Positions 44,487 to 54,577 of a stretch of 64,000 bases of DNA are shown in pieces. Under the pieces are notes generated by a model that ran no database searches, was not told the DNA's origin, and was given only the letters and a program-made list of their open reading frames with translations. The position numbers and the translations under genes are program-made. Where the stretch lies: the NCBI GenBank assembly GCA_963837955.1, contig CAWIPH010000002.1, forward strand, positions 10,966-74,965, written 5' to 3'. Within the stretch, counting starts at the first letter, position 1. Every line of letters starts with the position of its first letter. Source of the stretch: an uncultured Verrucomicrobiae bacterium. Its GTDB lineage: Bacteria > Verrucomicrobiota > Verrucomicrobiia > Chthoniobacterales > JAFAMB01.

Positions 44487-45419
44487 ATGTCCTCTAACAA
44501 CCAGATGGACGTTCTTTACTCTGTTCAATACCAACTCGATGTCCTGACAGACCAAGTCGACCGGGCGAAGATACTGGCTGCGCAACCGATATTGCGTGAG
44601 TTCCGAAATTTGAGATCCCCTATTCCGCTCGCCGAAGCGGAGTTCCGGGTATTCTCCCAATTTGGAGATGATGGTATCCTCCAGTACGTTGTAACCAGAC
44701 TTGACTTGCCCAAAGCTGAGCGTCGGTTCATCGAATTTGGAGTGGAGGATTATCGAGAATCCAACACTCGGTTTCTGTTACTTAACAATAATTGGAGCGG
44801 GCTGGTGATGGATGGTAGCGAGGATCACATTACGTCTATTCGGCGTAATCAGATCTACTGGAGGTATGATCTTACTGCTTTGGCGCACTTCGTCACCCGC
44901 GAGAACATTAACTCGATTTTCGAGGAGGCCGAGTTTTCGGGCCCGATTGGAATCCTGAGCATCGATGTTGACGGTAACGACTACTGGATCTGGGAAGCCA
45001 TCAGTACGGTAGATCCCGCCGTCGTCATTGTTGAATATAACGGGATCTTTGGGAGCCGCGAGGCAGTGACGATTCCATATCAGGCGGATTTTCTTCGGCA
45101 AAATGCTCATTACTCCTTCCTATACTGGGGAACATCGCTTCAGGCGCTCTGTCATCTCGCTGCCCAAAAAGGGTACGTCTGGATCGGTTGCAATAACGCA
45201 GGAAACAACGCCTACTTCGTGCGAAAGGAGCATGCTCGCGCATTTCATCAGCCAACTTTGCCGGAGGATTTCGTTGCTGCAAAATTCAGGGAAGGAAGAG
45301 ACAAAGAGGGCAATCTTAGCTACGTCGGGCAAGAAAAGGGGTTTGCCCTGATTAAGGATCTTCCTGTCTGGGATGTGGTCAGGAATGAGACACGTGTCGT
45401 TGGTGATCTCGTGCGATAG
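44487..45419 (+). CDS. Hypothetical protein, possibly methyltransferase-fold (FkbM-like)
   Basis: The blocks FSQFGDDGILQYV...FIEFGVEDYRESNTRFL...GILSIDVDGNDYWIWEAI...VIVEYN are seen in uncharacterised glycan-locus proteins. The family assignment is uncertain. Confidence 0.45.
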   Translation: MSSNNQMDVLYSVQYQLDVLTDQVDRAKILAAQPILREFRNLRSPIPLAEAEFRVFSQFGDDGILQYVVTRLDLPKAERRFIEFGVEDYRESNTRFLLLNNNWSGLVMDGSEDHITSIRRNQIYWRYDLTALAHFVTRENINSIFEEAEFSGPIGILSIDVDGNDYWIWEAISTVDPAVVIVEYNGIFGSREAVTIPYQADFLRQNAHYSFLYWGTSLQALCHLAAQKGYVWIGCNNAGNNAYFVRKEHARAFHQPTLPEDFVAAKFREGRDKEGNLSYVGQEKGFALIKDLPVWDVVRNETRVVGDLVR

Positions 45420-45447
45420 GATGGATTGGAACTGCGAAATTCCTTCT

Positions 45448-46623
45448 ATGAAAATCGGCATCGTCATTTTGAAGGATGATCCCCAAATTGGTGGGGGACT
45501 TACTTTTGTTCAGGAAATTCTCGATGCATTCAGTCGCCACCTTTCAACATCCCCTCACACTTTTCACTTAGTGGGCGGTGAGCCGGCGAAGCCTGCGCAT
45601 TTGGCTCATATACCTTTGCCCTGGATAACGTTGCGCTGGGTAAACATCCAGACGTTACGCGAAAATGGTGTTACGTATGACTTCGATTCTTACCCGGAGA
45701 TCGCAGAGGAAAATTTCGATCTACTTTACTATCTCCATCCCTGGTCCTGTCCGATCAAGGATATCCCCTACATCCATACTGTATGGGACCTGCAACATCG
45801 CCGTCAGCCATTCTTCCCGGAAGTAACGTTGGGCGGGGAGTTTGACCGGCGGGAGGAGATGTATCGACGGTCACTGCAACGCGCGACGTACATAATCGCT
45901 GCGAACAATGTTGGTAGGGAAGAGATCGTGGCGTTTTACCAGGTAGCGCCTGAGAGGGTGCGCGCCATCCACCATCCAACTCCAGCATTTGCGCTAGAGG
46001 CGGCGGCTCATCCAGATGAAGAGGAGGTATTCGGACGCTTGGGCATCAAAGGCGACTATCTCCTTTACCCGGCACAGATGTGGCCGCACAAGAACCACGT
46101 CTTACTCCTGCTGATGCTAAACGACCTGCGGGCTCGGTATGGATATGAATTGCAACTGGTTTTCACTGGGTCAAACCGTGGTAACCAGGAGTTCCTCAAG
46201 CGCAGGGCTCGAGAGTTGGCGGTGGAAGATCAGGTGATCTTCGCAGGTTTCGTCACGCAAGCGGAATTGGTTCCTATTTATCAACGAGCCGTTGCCATGG
46301 TATTCCCGAGTCTATTCGGTCCAGAGAATTTTCCACCATTGGAGGCTTTCGCGCTGGGTTGTCCCGTTATTGCTGGGAGGGTGCCGGGAGCGGAGGACCA
46401 AATGGGAGATGCGGCTATCCTGGTAGATCCGACTAAGCCCGAACTCTGGAGTGATGCCGTGCAGCGACTGCGCCAGGACCTCAAACTGAGGCGGTCCTTG
46501 GTCAGTAAAGGGAAAGAGCGAGCATTGAGGTTCACGTCAGATGATTTTATCAAAGAGGTTTTCAGTTTGATAGACGAGTTCGCCACCTATCGGCGGACCT
46601 GGCCTTCCTCGGATGACGCTTAG
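45448..46623 (+). CDS. Glycosyltransferase family 4/1 (GT-B)
   Basis: The N-terminus is MKIGIVILKDDPQIGGGLTF. The C-domain is VFPSLFGPENFPPLEAFALGCPVIAGRVPGAEDQMGDAAILVDP (EX7E region). The ATG at 45448 is preferred to the track start. Confidence 0.8.
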   Translation: MKIGIVILKDDPQIGGGLTFVQEILDAFSRHLSTSPHTFHLVGGEPAKPAHLAHIPLPWITLRWVNIQTLRENGVTYDFDSYPEIAEENFDLLYYLHPWSCPIKDIPYIHTVWDLQHRRQPFFPEVTLGGEFDRREEMYRRSLQRATYIIAANNVGREEIVAFYQVAPERVRAIHHPTPAFALEAAAHPDEEEVFGRLGIKGDYLLYPAQMWPHKNHVLLLLMLNDLRARYGYELQLVFTGSNRGNQEFLKRRARELAVEDQVIFAGFVTQAELVPIYQRAVAMVFPSLFGPENFPPLEAFALGCPVIAGRVPGAEDQMGDAAILVDPTKPELWSDAVQRLRQDLKLRRSLVSKGKERALRFTSDDFIKEVFSLIDEFATYRRTWPSSDDA

Positions 46624-46721
46624 CCTGCGGGCAACCGTGAGAGGCGCCGGGGTGTAAATGCTTGTGCGCAAGAAGGGCTCGGATCTAGAATAAAGAGTTT
46701 AAATCCACGCGACTAAGAGCC

Positions 46722-48126
46722 ATGGAGATACTTTCTAGAATCGCTAAGTTACCCGCCGCTCAGAAGCTTGGTGAATTGATCGACCGCTTTGTCGCGCACT
46801 TCCTGCGCCGAATCGACGATCGGTTGCGCCGAATCGATGATCGGCTGAATCGAATCGATGATCGGCTGCGGCCAATTGACGATCGACAGGATGCGGTAGA
46901 AAGGCTGGTCGTTTCGACTTTGTTGCCGCCCAAAGAGGCAGGTTATGACGTCATAGTGACTGCGAGCGAGGTGAGTGAGAAGCACGGTGCGGGTCTCTTG
47001 TTACGTCGAGCCTTCGATACTTGTCCTCAGATTCTCTCGGTTCGTAGCGCTGATGATTTCAAGGGTGAAAAATCATTCGGAGAGGAAAGCTTCCTGGTGT
47101 CTCACGGGTGGTCATCTCGTCCGAATTGGTTCGCCCATACGCTTCAACAATTGAGAGGAAGAGTGGCGCGTCGGGTGATTTGTGTACCCTATCAGCTGGA
47201 TGAGTTAAAAACCGCGATCACCCTGAAAGAAATCTATGGAGCTCCTATTTGTCTCTGGTTGATGGATGATAAGAGCGTCACGAATCATCAGATTCCATAC
47301 GAGCTGATGAGAGAGTTTCTGGGAAAGTGTTCGTTGCGGTTGACGACCCACGCCGAGCTGCGAGACGCGTATGAACGCGCATTTGGGTTCAAATTCTACC
47401 TTTTTCCGGCTGTGGTCTCCGAAAACTTGATCGTGAAAGAAATCAGAACTCCGCGAGGGGAATTTATGGCGGAAAAGAGAGGGGCGATCTTTGGGAGCAT
47501 TTCGAGCCGGAAATTGGCAGATAAGCTCATGCAGACGATCAAGGTGTCGGGACTGCAGTGTGACTGGTTCGAGAACAATCACCTGCCGAGCTTTGAATTG
47601 AGCGATAGTGAGTTGACGGAAGCAGGGGTCACTCGCCAAGGCATTATTCCGGAGGAAGAGCTTCCCGGCCTGCTCGGACGGTATCCTTACCTTATTGTGC
47701 CCACAGGGGACTTGGATCCCGATGATCCGGAAACGCCCTTGGCTCGGTTGAACTTGCCGGGTCGGATCCTTTTTGCGATGGCGACCTCAAACACACCTTT
47801 CATTGTGCTGGGGCACCCGGATACGCCCGCTGCTCGCTTCGTTAGAGCATTTTCAAGTCGGCTTGCGGTCAGACTATGAGCCCGACGGTTTTTCCGCTGC
47901 GGTCCGGAGCATTGTCGAAGAGAAGACTCAATATGAGATGCGATCGAATGCGGTTGGCGTTGCGCCACTCCTTAGCAGCAAGGGCGCCAGCGACTGGGTC
48001 TTCCGTTCCCTGGAAATGGGCAAGGCTTGCGACGATCGCTTCGAGCGACTAATGCCTTCAGTGGTTGGGGATAAATATTTTTCCCCGTCGATTGAAGGCT
48101 ATTTTTCGCCGGCGATCGGTGGATGA
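46722..48126 (+). pseudogene. Paralog B of the triplicated uncharacterised family, with a 1-nt frameshift at about 47844
   Basis: ORF 46722..47879 carries EVSEKHGAGLLLR, LMDDKSV and LNLPGRILFAMATSNTPFIVLGHPDTPAARFV, then goes out of frame. ORF 47773..48126 continues EHFQVGLRSDYEPDG...ASDWVFRSLEMGKACDDRFERLMP. It is collinear with paralogs A and C. Confidence 0.65.
46806..46889 (+). repeat. 21-bp x4 in-frame tandem repeat encoding heptads RRIDDRL/RRIDDRL/NRIDDRL/RPIDDRQ
   Basis: The four units are CGCCGAATCGACGATCGGTTG, CGCCGAATCGATGATCGGCTG, AATCGAATCGATGATCGGCTG and CGGCCAATTGACGATCGACAG. Confidence 0.95.
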
Positions 48127-48199
48127 CTAATTGTAATGGACAATTTTTCATAGCGTGGCCCTTGGATTTCCCAAAGAGGTGGGTTGAATTGTCTTCCCT

Positions 48200-49210
48200 G
48201 TGAAAAGGCACTTCGCCAATTCGTCGAATGTCATTAGAGTCGCCAGAATGAGCTTGATTCCTAAACTGGACGTTCGCCGCTCGCAGAACATTAGGCCTGA
48301 ATTCAGAGCAGCGATGGACTCCTGGCTAACCGAGGAAATCGGGAAGCGAAAATGGTATCATCGCATGGATCTCGGGAATGGAGTTACAACGCCGGGTTTT
48401 CCTTGGGAGTGGCTATGGGAAACGACTCGGGAAGCGAGAAGGACTATTGACTACAAAAACAAGACAGTCCTTGATTTGGCTTCATGGGACGGTATGTGGG
48501 CGTTCGAGGCCGAAATGCTAGGCGCAGCCTTTGTGGTCGCCACTGATTGTATGAACACCTGGCAAATGCCGTGGCACCAAGGAATGAACAATCTATTGCT
48601 CGTTCGTGAGGCCATCTTTAGCGAAGTAGTACCGCTTTTTAACGTGGCTCCGTACGTTCTGCGGGATAGACTGAACAACGTCCTTTATTCACATCCTTTG
48701 TTGAAGGATGGATTCGACGTTGTCCAACATCTTGGGTTGCTCTATCACCAAAGAGATCCATTCTTTTCCCTCGCTCAAGCGCGATCGGTTTTGAAAGAAG
48801 GAGGAACGCTTCTCCTCGAAACGGCGGTCAGTCCGGGCGATTCGATGACTATGCAGCTCAATGCCGGATCGGGCGCATTTTATGAAGATTTTACGACGTG
48901 GTGGGCGCCTACCTTGCCGTGTTTGAGGGAGATGTTGCGTTTGTCGTTTCTTGAGTTGGAAGAAGCCAGTGTGGTTCAGGCCGGTTCCTCAGAGGCGGTC
49001 TTTAGGGCGGCTCTGCGAGCCAAATCGGTGAAGCCTACGAATGCCCTGGGTGAGCGCTATAACCTCGACCCTTCCTATGGGCATGGCTTCGGTGATCATC
49101 TCATTGGAGAACTCCCGTCAAACGATGAAGCGGCTTTATTGGCATTCTACGAAGCAAAGCGTAGAAAGACTGATTTCGAGGAGAGAAACAGAGACGGTAA
49201 CCAGACTTAG
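48200..49210 (+). CDS. Class-I SAM methyltransferase (DUF1698/CmoB-like N-terminal pattern)
   Basis: WYHRMDLGNGVTTPGF...KNKTVLDLASWDGMWAFEAEMLGAAFVVATD...FDVVQHLGLLYHQRDPF...GGTLLLET fits that pattern. The track start is a GTG, and the ATG at 48248 is an alternative. Confidence 0.7.
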   Translation: MKRHFANSSNVIRVARMSLIPKLDVRRSQNIRPEFRAAMDSWLTEEIGKRKWYHRMDLGNGVTTPGFPWEWLWETTREARRTIDYKNKTVLDLASWDGMWAFEAEMLGAAFVVATDCMNTWQMPWHQGMNNLLLVREAIFSEVVPLFNVAPYVLRDRLNNVLYSHPLLKDGFDVVQHLGLLYHQRDPFFSLAQARSVLKEGGTLLLETAVSPGDSMTMQLNAGSGAFYEDFTTWWAPTLPCLREMLRLSFLELEEASVVQAGSSEAVFRAALRAKSVKPTNALGERYNLDPSYGHGFGDHLIGELPSNDEAALLAFYEAKRRKTDFEERNRDGNQT

Positions 49211-49645
49211 GTTGATCTGGTGGCAAATTGACCGATAGACCAATCGAAGTTAGCGATTGAATAGACGGCCCTCCAGACGAGATCGATGACCTCAAATGCC
49301 CACTACCCCCTTAATGGGCAAGGTCAGAAGTGCGCTGGGTTTCGTTTCTTAGCACCTCTCCACTAGTTCCTCTAGAAGAGGGAAGCCATCTCGGTGTCCG
49401 GCAAACACCCCACGAAGCCCCTCGATCGCGCCTTGAGCTTCACGACGAATAGCCAACGGTCTGCCACTCCAAAAACGGGGCTAGAAGACAGGAAGCGGAA
49501 CAACTAAATATCCTGCATTCCCGCCCCGTCCCATATTGAACATCTCATTTTTCAGGCGAAGCAATCATTCGGGCCGCGCTCAACGGATGTTTTGAAAGTA
49601 TTTGCATTTCGAGCTGCCGCGATCTTCTCTCGGTACAGTTTCCTT

Positions 49646-51160
49646 ATGTCCCGAAAAGTAACTCTTTTGCTTGTTTTGGCTTTTGCATTTCTTGCCACGC
49701 TTCAGTGGCTGCCTTTGCTGCAGGCAAAGTGGTCCATTCGGAACGACCACGCGTTTATCCAGTTAATGAGTGCTTCCGGAAGAATATCAATGAGTGATTT
49801 CTGGCAGCAGCTCAACCCTCCTGATCAGGCCCTTGGCGGATTAGTAAACCGCCCGATTTACTTCATCGTGCATGATGTTTGGATGCTGGTGATTGGGAAA
49901 AACCTCATCCCGTGGCAAAGCGCGAAAGTTCTAACGTTTGGAGCTGAAATCGGTCTCTTTTTTTTATTCTTTGTGCTTTCGACGGATCTCACAGCAGCCG
50001 TAATACTCGGCTGCTTTGTCGCTTTCCAACCGGATTGGGGAGATATTGTGGCGCTTGCTAACTCCGAACTGTTTGCACTCTTCGGTCTTGTTTTGTATGC
50101 GATCGGCAATCTTGGTTTTCTGCAAAACCGCGGTGCAAGCTCCCGGCAGCAAAGCCAGCCGAAAAATCTTACCAACTATCTCTTGGTCGCTATTGGGGGA
50201 ATCGTCGCCGTCGCTTCGAAGGAGAATTTCTGTTTCACGATCCTCTTTACTTCCGTTTGCTTCCTCGCCTTCTCAATCGTCGTATCGAGGAAGTTTGAAT
50301 TAGCCTGGGCTCAACTTGTTCCTATAGGTACGGCCATGGTTTTTTGTGGTCTGATCATCCATGGAATCCGAGAGAATGCGGGCCAGGCTCTTTACGGCCA
50401 GACCTTCGACCTTTTCGCAATTTGTACTACTGCCTGCGCGCGATTCGTAACGGGTGGTGCGTCGGGCTGGGTGCCGGCAATTCTTTTTGCTGGTTACTCT
50501 ATTTGGTTTCTAAAGGATCCTAATCGGGAGCGGTTATCAGCAGCTCTTTTTGAGCTTCTCCTCCTGGGAGTCGTGTTACTAAATTTTGGCTTTTACACCG
50601 GTGTTCCACTGACTGGACGTTACCTCTTCCCTGAGAACTTAGTTCCGGCTTTTGCTATTCTCCCGGTGCTGCAGGAAGTACGACGGCGGTGCACCCGCAT
50701 CCAGAAGATCTTATCCTATTGTCTGTTGTGGGTCTTTGTTGTTCCCACTAGCATCGCTGGTTTCAAAGCGAACATGCAATGGGCGACCAATTACCGGGAC
50801 GAGACAAAGCGCTTCGATAGAAAACTGAAAAAGGTCGTTGCTGTCGTGTCCAAAGAGCCCGGAAAACCACTTCTCTTCGACAGCTATTCGATTGGCGACG
50901 TCGAACCGCTCGCTTCCGTGGACATTTATCTGACCTCCTACGGCGTTCAGAATCCGAGGTTCGCTCGACTTAATTATTCAGAGGATCAGTTTCAGGATCC
51001 ACACCAAAAATTCTTGGTCCGCTATACGGAAAGTCAGATTGGTCCAAGCGCCACTTTCAGACCATTTCCAGAAATTGGGACGAAGGATTTTTTTAGAATT
51101 AGCTTTTCGTCTCCTAAAGATGAGGCAGATGTGATCGCCAATTTTTACGGCCAAGAATAG
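49646..51160 (+). CDS. Large polytopic membrane protein with a soluble C-terminal domain (GT-C-like glycosyltransferase or polymerase candidate)
   Basis: About 10 predicted TM helices across ~380 aa are followed by a ~120-aa hydrophilic tail. No motif was confidently recognised. The locus also encodes a polyprenol-P-sugar synthase-type GT2. The start is set at MSRKVTLLLVLAF (49646). Confidence 0.5.
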   Translation: MSRKVTLLLVLAFAFLATLQWLPLLQAKWSIRNDHAFIQLMSASGRISMSDFWQQLNPPDQALGGLVNRPIYFIVHDVWMLVIGKNLIPWQSAKVLTFGAEIGLFFLFFVLSTDLTAAVILGCFVAFQPDWGDIVALANSELFALFGLVLYAIGNLGFLQNRGASSRQQSQPKNLTNYLLVAIGGIVAVASKENFCFTILFTSVCFLAFSIVVSRKFELAWAQLVPIGTAMVFCGLIIHGIRENAGQALYGQTFDLFAICTTACARFVTGGASGWVPAILFAGYSIWFLKDPNRERLSAALFELLLLGVVLLNFGFYTGVPLTGRYLFPENLVPAFAILPVLQEVRRRCTRIQKILSYCLLWVFVVPTSIAGFKANMQWATNYRDETKRFDRKLKKVVAVVSKEPGKPLLFDSYSIGDVEPLASVDIYLTSYGVQNPRFARLNYSEDQFQDPHQKFLVRYTESQIGPSATFRPFPEIGTKDFFRISFSSPKDEADVIANFYGQE

Positions 51161-51285
51161 GACGGCGCCCACGATTCTCCTCGGGCCTTTTCCTTAGATG
51201 ACTGAACCATCTCAGATTTTGGGATTCACCGGAACGGCTTTTGCATTCTGGATTGAGGAATGCTCATATCAAGGTTTGCGATTAT

Positions 51286-52032
51286 ATGCCTAATACGATC
51301 GAGCAATTAAAGCGCATCTTAGATCAGGTAGAGGGATTTATGCCGCCCGAGGCAATGGCCATGTGGGATACCCTTCTCGATTTTCAGAAAAAGAGCGAAG
51401 TAGCGGGCGCTCTTTTGGAGATCGGCGTTTACCATGGAAAGTCGGCGGCGCTGCTTGGACTGCACTGCGCCGATGGCGAACAGCTTTTCCTGGTTGACCC
51501 TCGGGATCTAGGAGCCAAGGCAAATGTACGCAAATTGGCCGGGAAGGATTCGCGTTACATCATCGGCAACTCGTCGGTTCTTCGAGAACATCCGGAGATG
51601 AAAGGGCTGGTCGGTAAATTTCGATGGCTCCACATCGATGGCGATCACACTGGGCAAGGGGTCTTTCTGGATCTCGAAATTTGCAACCGGCTGCTCAGTG
51701 ATGACGGAGTAATCTGCGTCGACGACTTCCTAAGTGCGGGTTTTCCGCAGGTAAGTGCGGTTACTTTCGAGTTTCTTCGGGATCATCCTTACGAGCTCAA
51801 ACTCTTCTTGTGCGGGTACGGAAAAGGGTATCTCTGTCGCCCGAAGAAGCAGCGCGATTACATGGAATTCTTGAAAGCTAATATTGTGAAGGAGTTGCAG
51901 GCCCGGGGGATGAAGAACTTCACGATCTACAAAACCGACTATTCTGACGTTTTCAATTGTATCGGCGTTTCACACCGTTACTTCGACCAGGATTTGTTCG
52001 GACCGTTCGGGAACCCCGACCTGAATCTGTGA
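51286..52032 (+). CDS. Class-I SAM methyltransferase (Methyltransf_24 / CmcI-like)
   Basis: LLEIGVYHGKSAALLGLHC...LHIDGDHTGQGVFLDLEICNRLLSDDGVICVDDF fits that family. The start is set at the MPNTIEQL ATG at 51286. Confidence 0.7.
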   Translation: MPNTIEQLKRILDQVEGFMPPEAMAMWDTLLDFQKKSEVAGALLEIGVYHGKSAALLGLHCADGEQLFLVDPRDLGAKANVRKLAGKDSRYIIGNSSVLREHPEMKGLVGKFRWLHIDGDHTGQGVFLDLEICNRLLSDDGVICVDDFLSAGFPQVSAVTFEFLRDHPYELKLFLCGYGKGYLCRPKKQRDYMEFLKANIVKELQARGMKNFTIYKTDYSDVFNCIGVSHRYFDQDLFGPFGNPDLNL

Positions 52033-52297
52033 TGGTACGCGGCCTTTCGAATCGACTCGTTTTTTTATTGTTCCGGAGCTCTGGCCGGTTCACCGGGGAG
52101 AAAGGAAGAAGCCAGAGACGAAAATTGGGGTTGCGCCGCGCCCTTTCCATATGATCTTCGGCAGCTACTCAAATGAGTTTGAAGTTAAAACCGCCTCAAA
52201 GCAGCAGGTTGATTGCTCCGCTCAACCGTTTCTCGCGTTGCTGGGCTATGATTGCCGCCGGGAATAGGATGTAAATTCCTGTCTTTCTGGCTCCTTA

Positions 52298-53095
52298 ATG
52301 AAAAGTCTTCTCGAGCTACCAAAGCGACAGTATCTGATCCGGCAATACCTAGCTCGTCAAATCGGCCAGCGTTACAAGGGTACAGCTTTAGGGGTTCTGT
52401 GGTCTCTAGCTTCGCCGATCTTCATGCTGCTGGTCTATACGTTTGTGTTCGCTACGGTCATGCATGCTCATTTTGGAATTTCAAAGTCCGAGACAACGCT
52501 GGACTATGGCTTGGCGCTTTTCTGTGGGTTGAACCTTTTCAATTTCTGCGGCGATGTCATCATGCGCTCTCCCTCACTAATTCTTAGTCAGCCCAACCTG
52601 GTTAAGAAAGTTGTGTTCCCGTTGGAGATTCTTCCACTCATCAGCACGCTGGATGCCTTGGTCCATTGTGTCATTGCCTTCATTCCCCTGTTCCTAGCTC
52701 TGGCGATCTTGCACGGTACTGTGCCTTGGTCTTTTGTTTTTTTGGCCGCCTTTCTGATTCCTGCGGCGCTGATTGCGCTCGGATTAAGTCTGTTACTTTC
52801 CGCCATCGGAGTCTTTATCCGCGACGTGCAAAACATGATGACTCCAGCAGTAACTGTCCTCATGTTCGGAAGCGCTGTCTTTTATCCCCTCGCGACCGTG
52901 CCCGACTGGATCCGGCCATGGTTTCAGTTAAATCCCTTAGCCCTGATCATTGAAAACTCCCGAAGAACTCTCATTTGGGGATTGCCCTTGGGGATACCGC
53001 AGCTTGCTTTCGCCAGCTTGTTGGGATTGGTTCTTGTTATAGTGGGATTTTTGTTTTTTGAGAAGTCCAAGCCGGCTTTTGCCGATGTGATGTAA
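52298..53095 (+). CDS. wzm: Polysaccharide ABC-2 exporter permease (Wzm/TagG type)
   Basis: YLIRQYLARQIGQRYKGTALGVLWSLASPIFMLLVYTFVF is the canonical Wzm N-terminal block. The protein has 6 TM segments and is 265 aa. Confidence 0.85.
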   Translation: MKSLLELPKRQYLIRQYLARQIGQRYKGTALGVLWSLASPIFMLLVYTFVFATVMHAHFGISKSETTLDYGLALFCGLNLFNFCGDVIMRSPSLILSQPNLVKKVVFPLEILPLISTLDALVHCVIAFIPLFLALAILHGTVPWSFVFLAAFLIPAALIALGLSLLLSAIGVFIRDVQNMMTPAVTVLMFGSAVFYPLATVPDWIRPWFQLNPLALIIENSRRTLIWGLPLGIPQLAFASLLGLVLVIVGFLFFEKSKPAFADVM

Positions 53096-53101
53096 GCCGC
53101 T

Positions 53102-54538
53102 GTGAGTAGCCTTTCTGACCTTTCTATTTGCGAGACGCCGCCGGTTGCTGCGCAGGAGACGTTGCTCAGTCTCGATCAAATCTCTAAGTCCTATCGGTTG
53201 TGGAACCGTCCTTATGACCGGCTCTTCTATGGGATCTGGAACCAGGTTCCTGGGTATGCTCCGGATCTGATCAGACGTCTGGCAAATCGTCAAAAGGCTG
53301 GACTCGGAAAGGAAGTTTTCGCCCTCGCTGAAGTGACTCTGTCGATTCGGAAAGGTGAAAGCGTTGGGATTATCGGCCGCAACGGCAGCGGAAAGAGTAC
53401 CCTCTTGCAGCTTATTGCCGGGGTCCTTCAGCCTACTTCGGGACGAATTCGGGTGGATGCGAAGCGCGTAACAGCTTTGCTTGAATTGGGCAGTGGGTTT
53501 GATCCGAATTTCACGGGGCGGCAAAACGTTCTGCTGCACGGTTCACTGCTTGGTCTCACCGAGGAAGAGAATCACGCGCGGCTTAGTGAGGTCCTTGATT
53601 TCTCTGAGATCGGCGATTATTTCGATCGCCCGGTCAAGACCTATAGCAGTGGCATGATAGTTCGACTAGCGTTTGCGTCTTCCATCACCGTCCGAGCCGA
53701 TTTATTGATCGTGGACGAGGCGCTAGCGGTCGGCGACATCTTCTTTCAGCAGAAGTGCTTTCACAAGATTCGGGAGTTGGTCAAGGCCGGAGTGACCATC
53801 CTGCTCGTCTCGCATGACTTGCGCTCGATCAGCGAGTTTTGTGATGAGACGCTTTTGCTGGACCACGGTCGGGTCATCTTCTTCGGAGACTCTAACGTGG
53901 CGATTGACCGCTACTACGGCATGACAAAATCGTTCATTTTGGCCGCGCCGGGCGGAGCACGGAAACAGGCTCCGGCCTCGAGCCTATCATCTGTCGAGGA
54001 ACCTCCCCCGGTGCTGATGGAGTCGATTCCCCGGCCAAAGGTGGTTCCATATGAAGACGCCGTTGCGACGTTCCTTCATTTCGCTCTCCTGAATCATGAA
54101 GGAAAGCCTACGAACCTGTTTCGACAAGGCGAATGGCTGACGTTGCTCTTTGACGTCGAAGTGTTGGCTGACGTCGAAAACTTAAGCGCAGGGGTTGTCT
54201 TTCGGGATGACCGGAGAACGTTTTTGCACAGCAAGTACGAATTTCAGACTGATCTAAGGAGTCTGCGCATTGGCAAAAAGGGAGATCATTTTAGAGTCAG
54301 TTATGAGGTTCGTCTCGATGTCGCGCCGGGCCACTATACCCTATCGCTTGACCTGATATCTGTGCCCGCCGAGGCAATAGCTGGCGGAAAATTGGCCTTT
54401 CTCGATTACGAACGCCATTTCCGTCGCGTTTGTCATGCTGGAGATCTTGTTGCGATCACCGTGGGCTTTAATCCTAGCCGTGAAGGCGCGGAATTCTCTC
54501 ACCTCGGGCTCTTCGACCTGCCCACCCGTTTCGACTGA
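53102..54538 (+). CDS. wzt: Polysaccharide ABC exporter ATPase (Wzt/TagH type) with a ~220-aa C-terminal extension
   Basis: It has Walker A GRNGSGKSTL, the signature YSSGMIVRLAFA, and Walker B LLIVDEALAVGD. Residues ~255-478 form an extra beta-rich domain (...FLHFALLNHEGKPTNLFRQGEWLTLLFDVEVLADV...HYTLSLDLISV...), positioned like the Wzt C-terminal glycan-binding domain. Confidence 0.85.
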   Translation: MSSLSDLSICETPPVAAQETLLSLDQISKSYRLWNRPYDRLFYGIWNQVPGYAPDLIRRLANRQKAGLGKEVFALAEVTLSIRKGESVGIIGRNGSGKSTLLQLIAGVLQPTSGRIRVDAKRVTALLELGSGFDPNFTGRQNVLLHGSLLGLTEEENHARLSEVLDFSEIGDYFDRPVKTYSSGMIVRLAFASSITVRADLLIVDEALAVGDIFFQQKCFHKIRELVKAGVTILLVSHDLRSISEFCDETLLLDHGRVIFFGDSNVAIDRYYGMTKSFILAAPGGARKQAPASSLSSVEEPPPVLMESIPRPKVVPYEDAVATFLHFALLNHEGKPTNLFRQGEWLTLLFDVEVLADVENLSAGVVFRDDRRTFLHSKYEFQTDLRSLRIGKKGDHFRVSYEVRLDVAPGHYTLSLDLISVPAEAIAGGKLAFLDYERHFRRVCHAGDLVAITVGFNPSREGAEFSHLGLFDLPTRFD

Positions 54539-54577
54539 TTGGAACTCCCGATACCGGCGAGATAGAAACGTCGATTT

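Noticed and set aside
52937-53539. A 200-aa minus-strand ORF, and similar antisense ORFs at 60045-60665 and 3527-4147
   Set aside because: They lie opposite the Wzm/Wzt, GT-A-like and HlyD genes, which carry clear family motifs. No motifs were found in the antisense translations.
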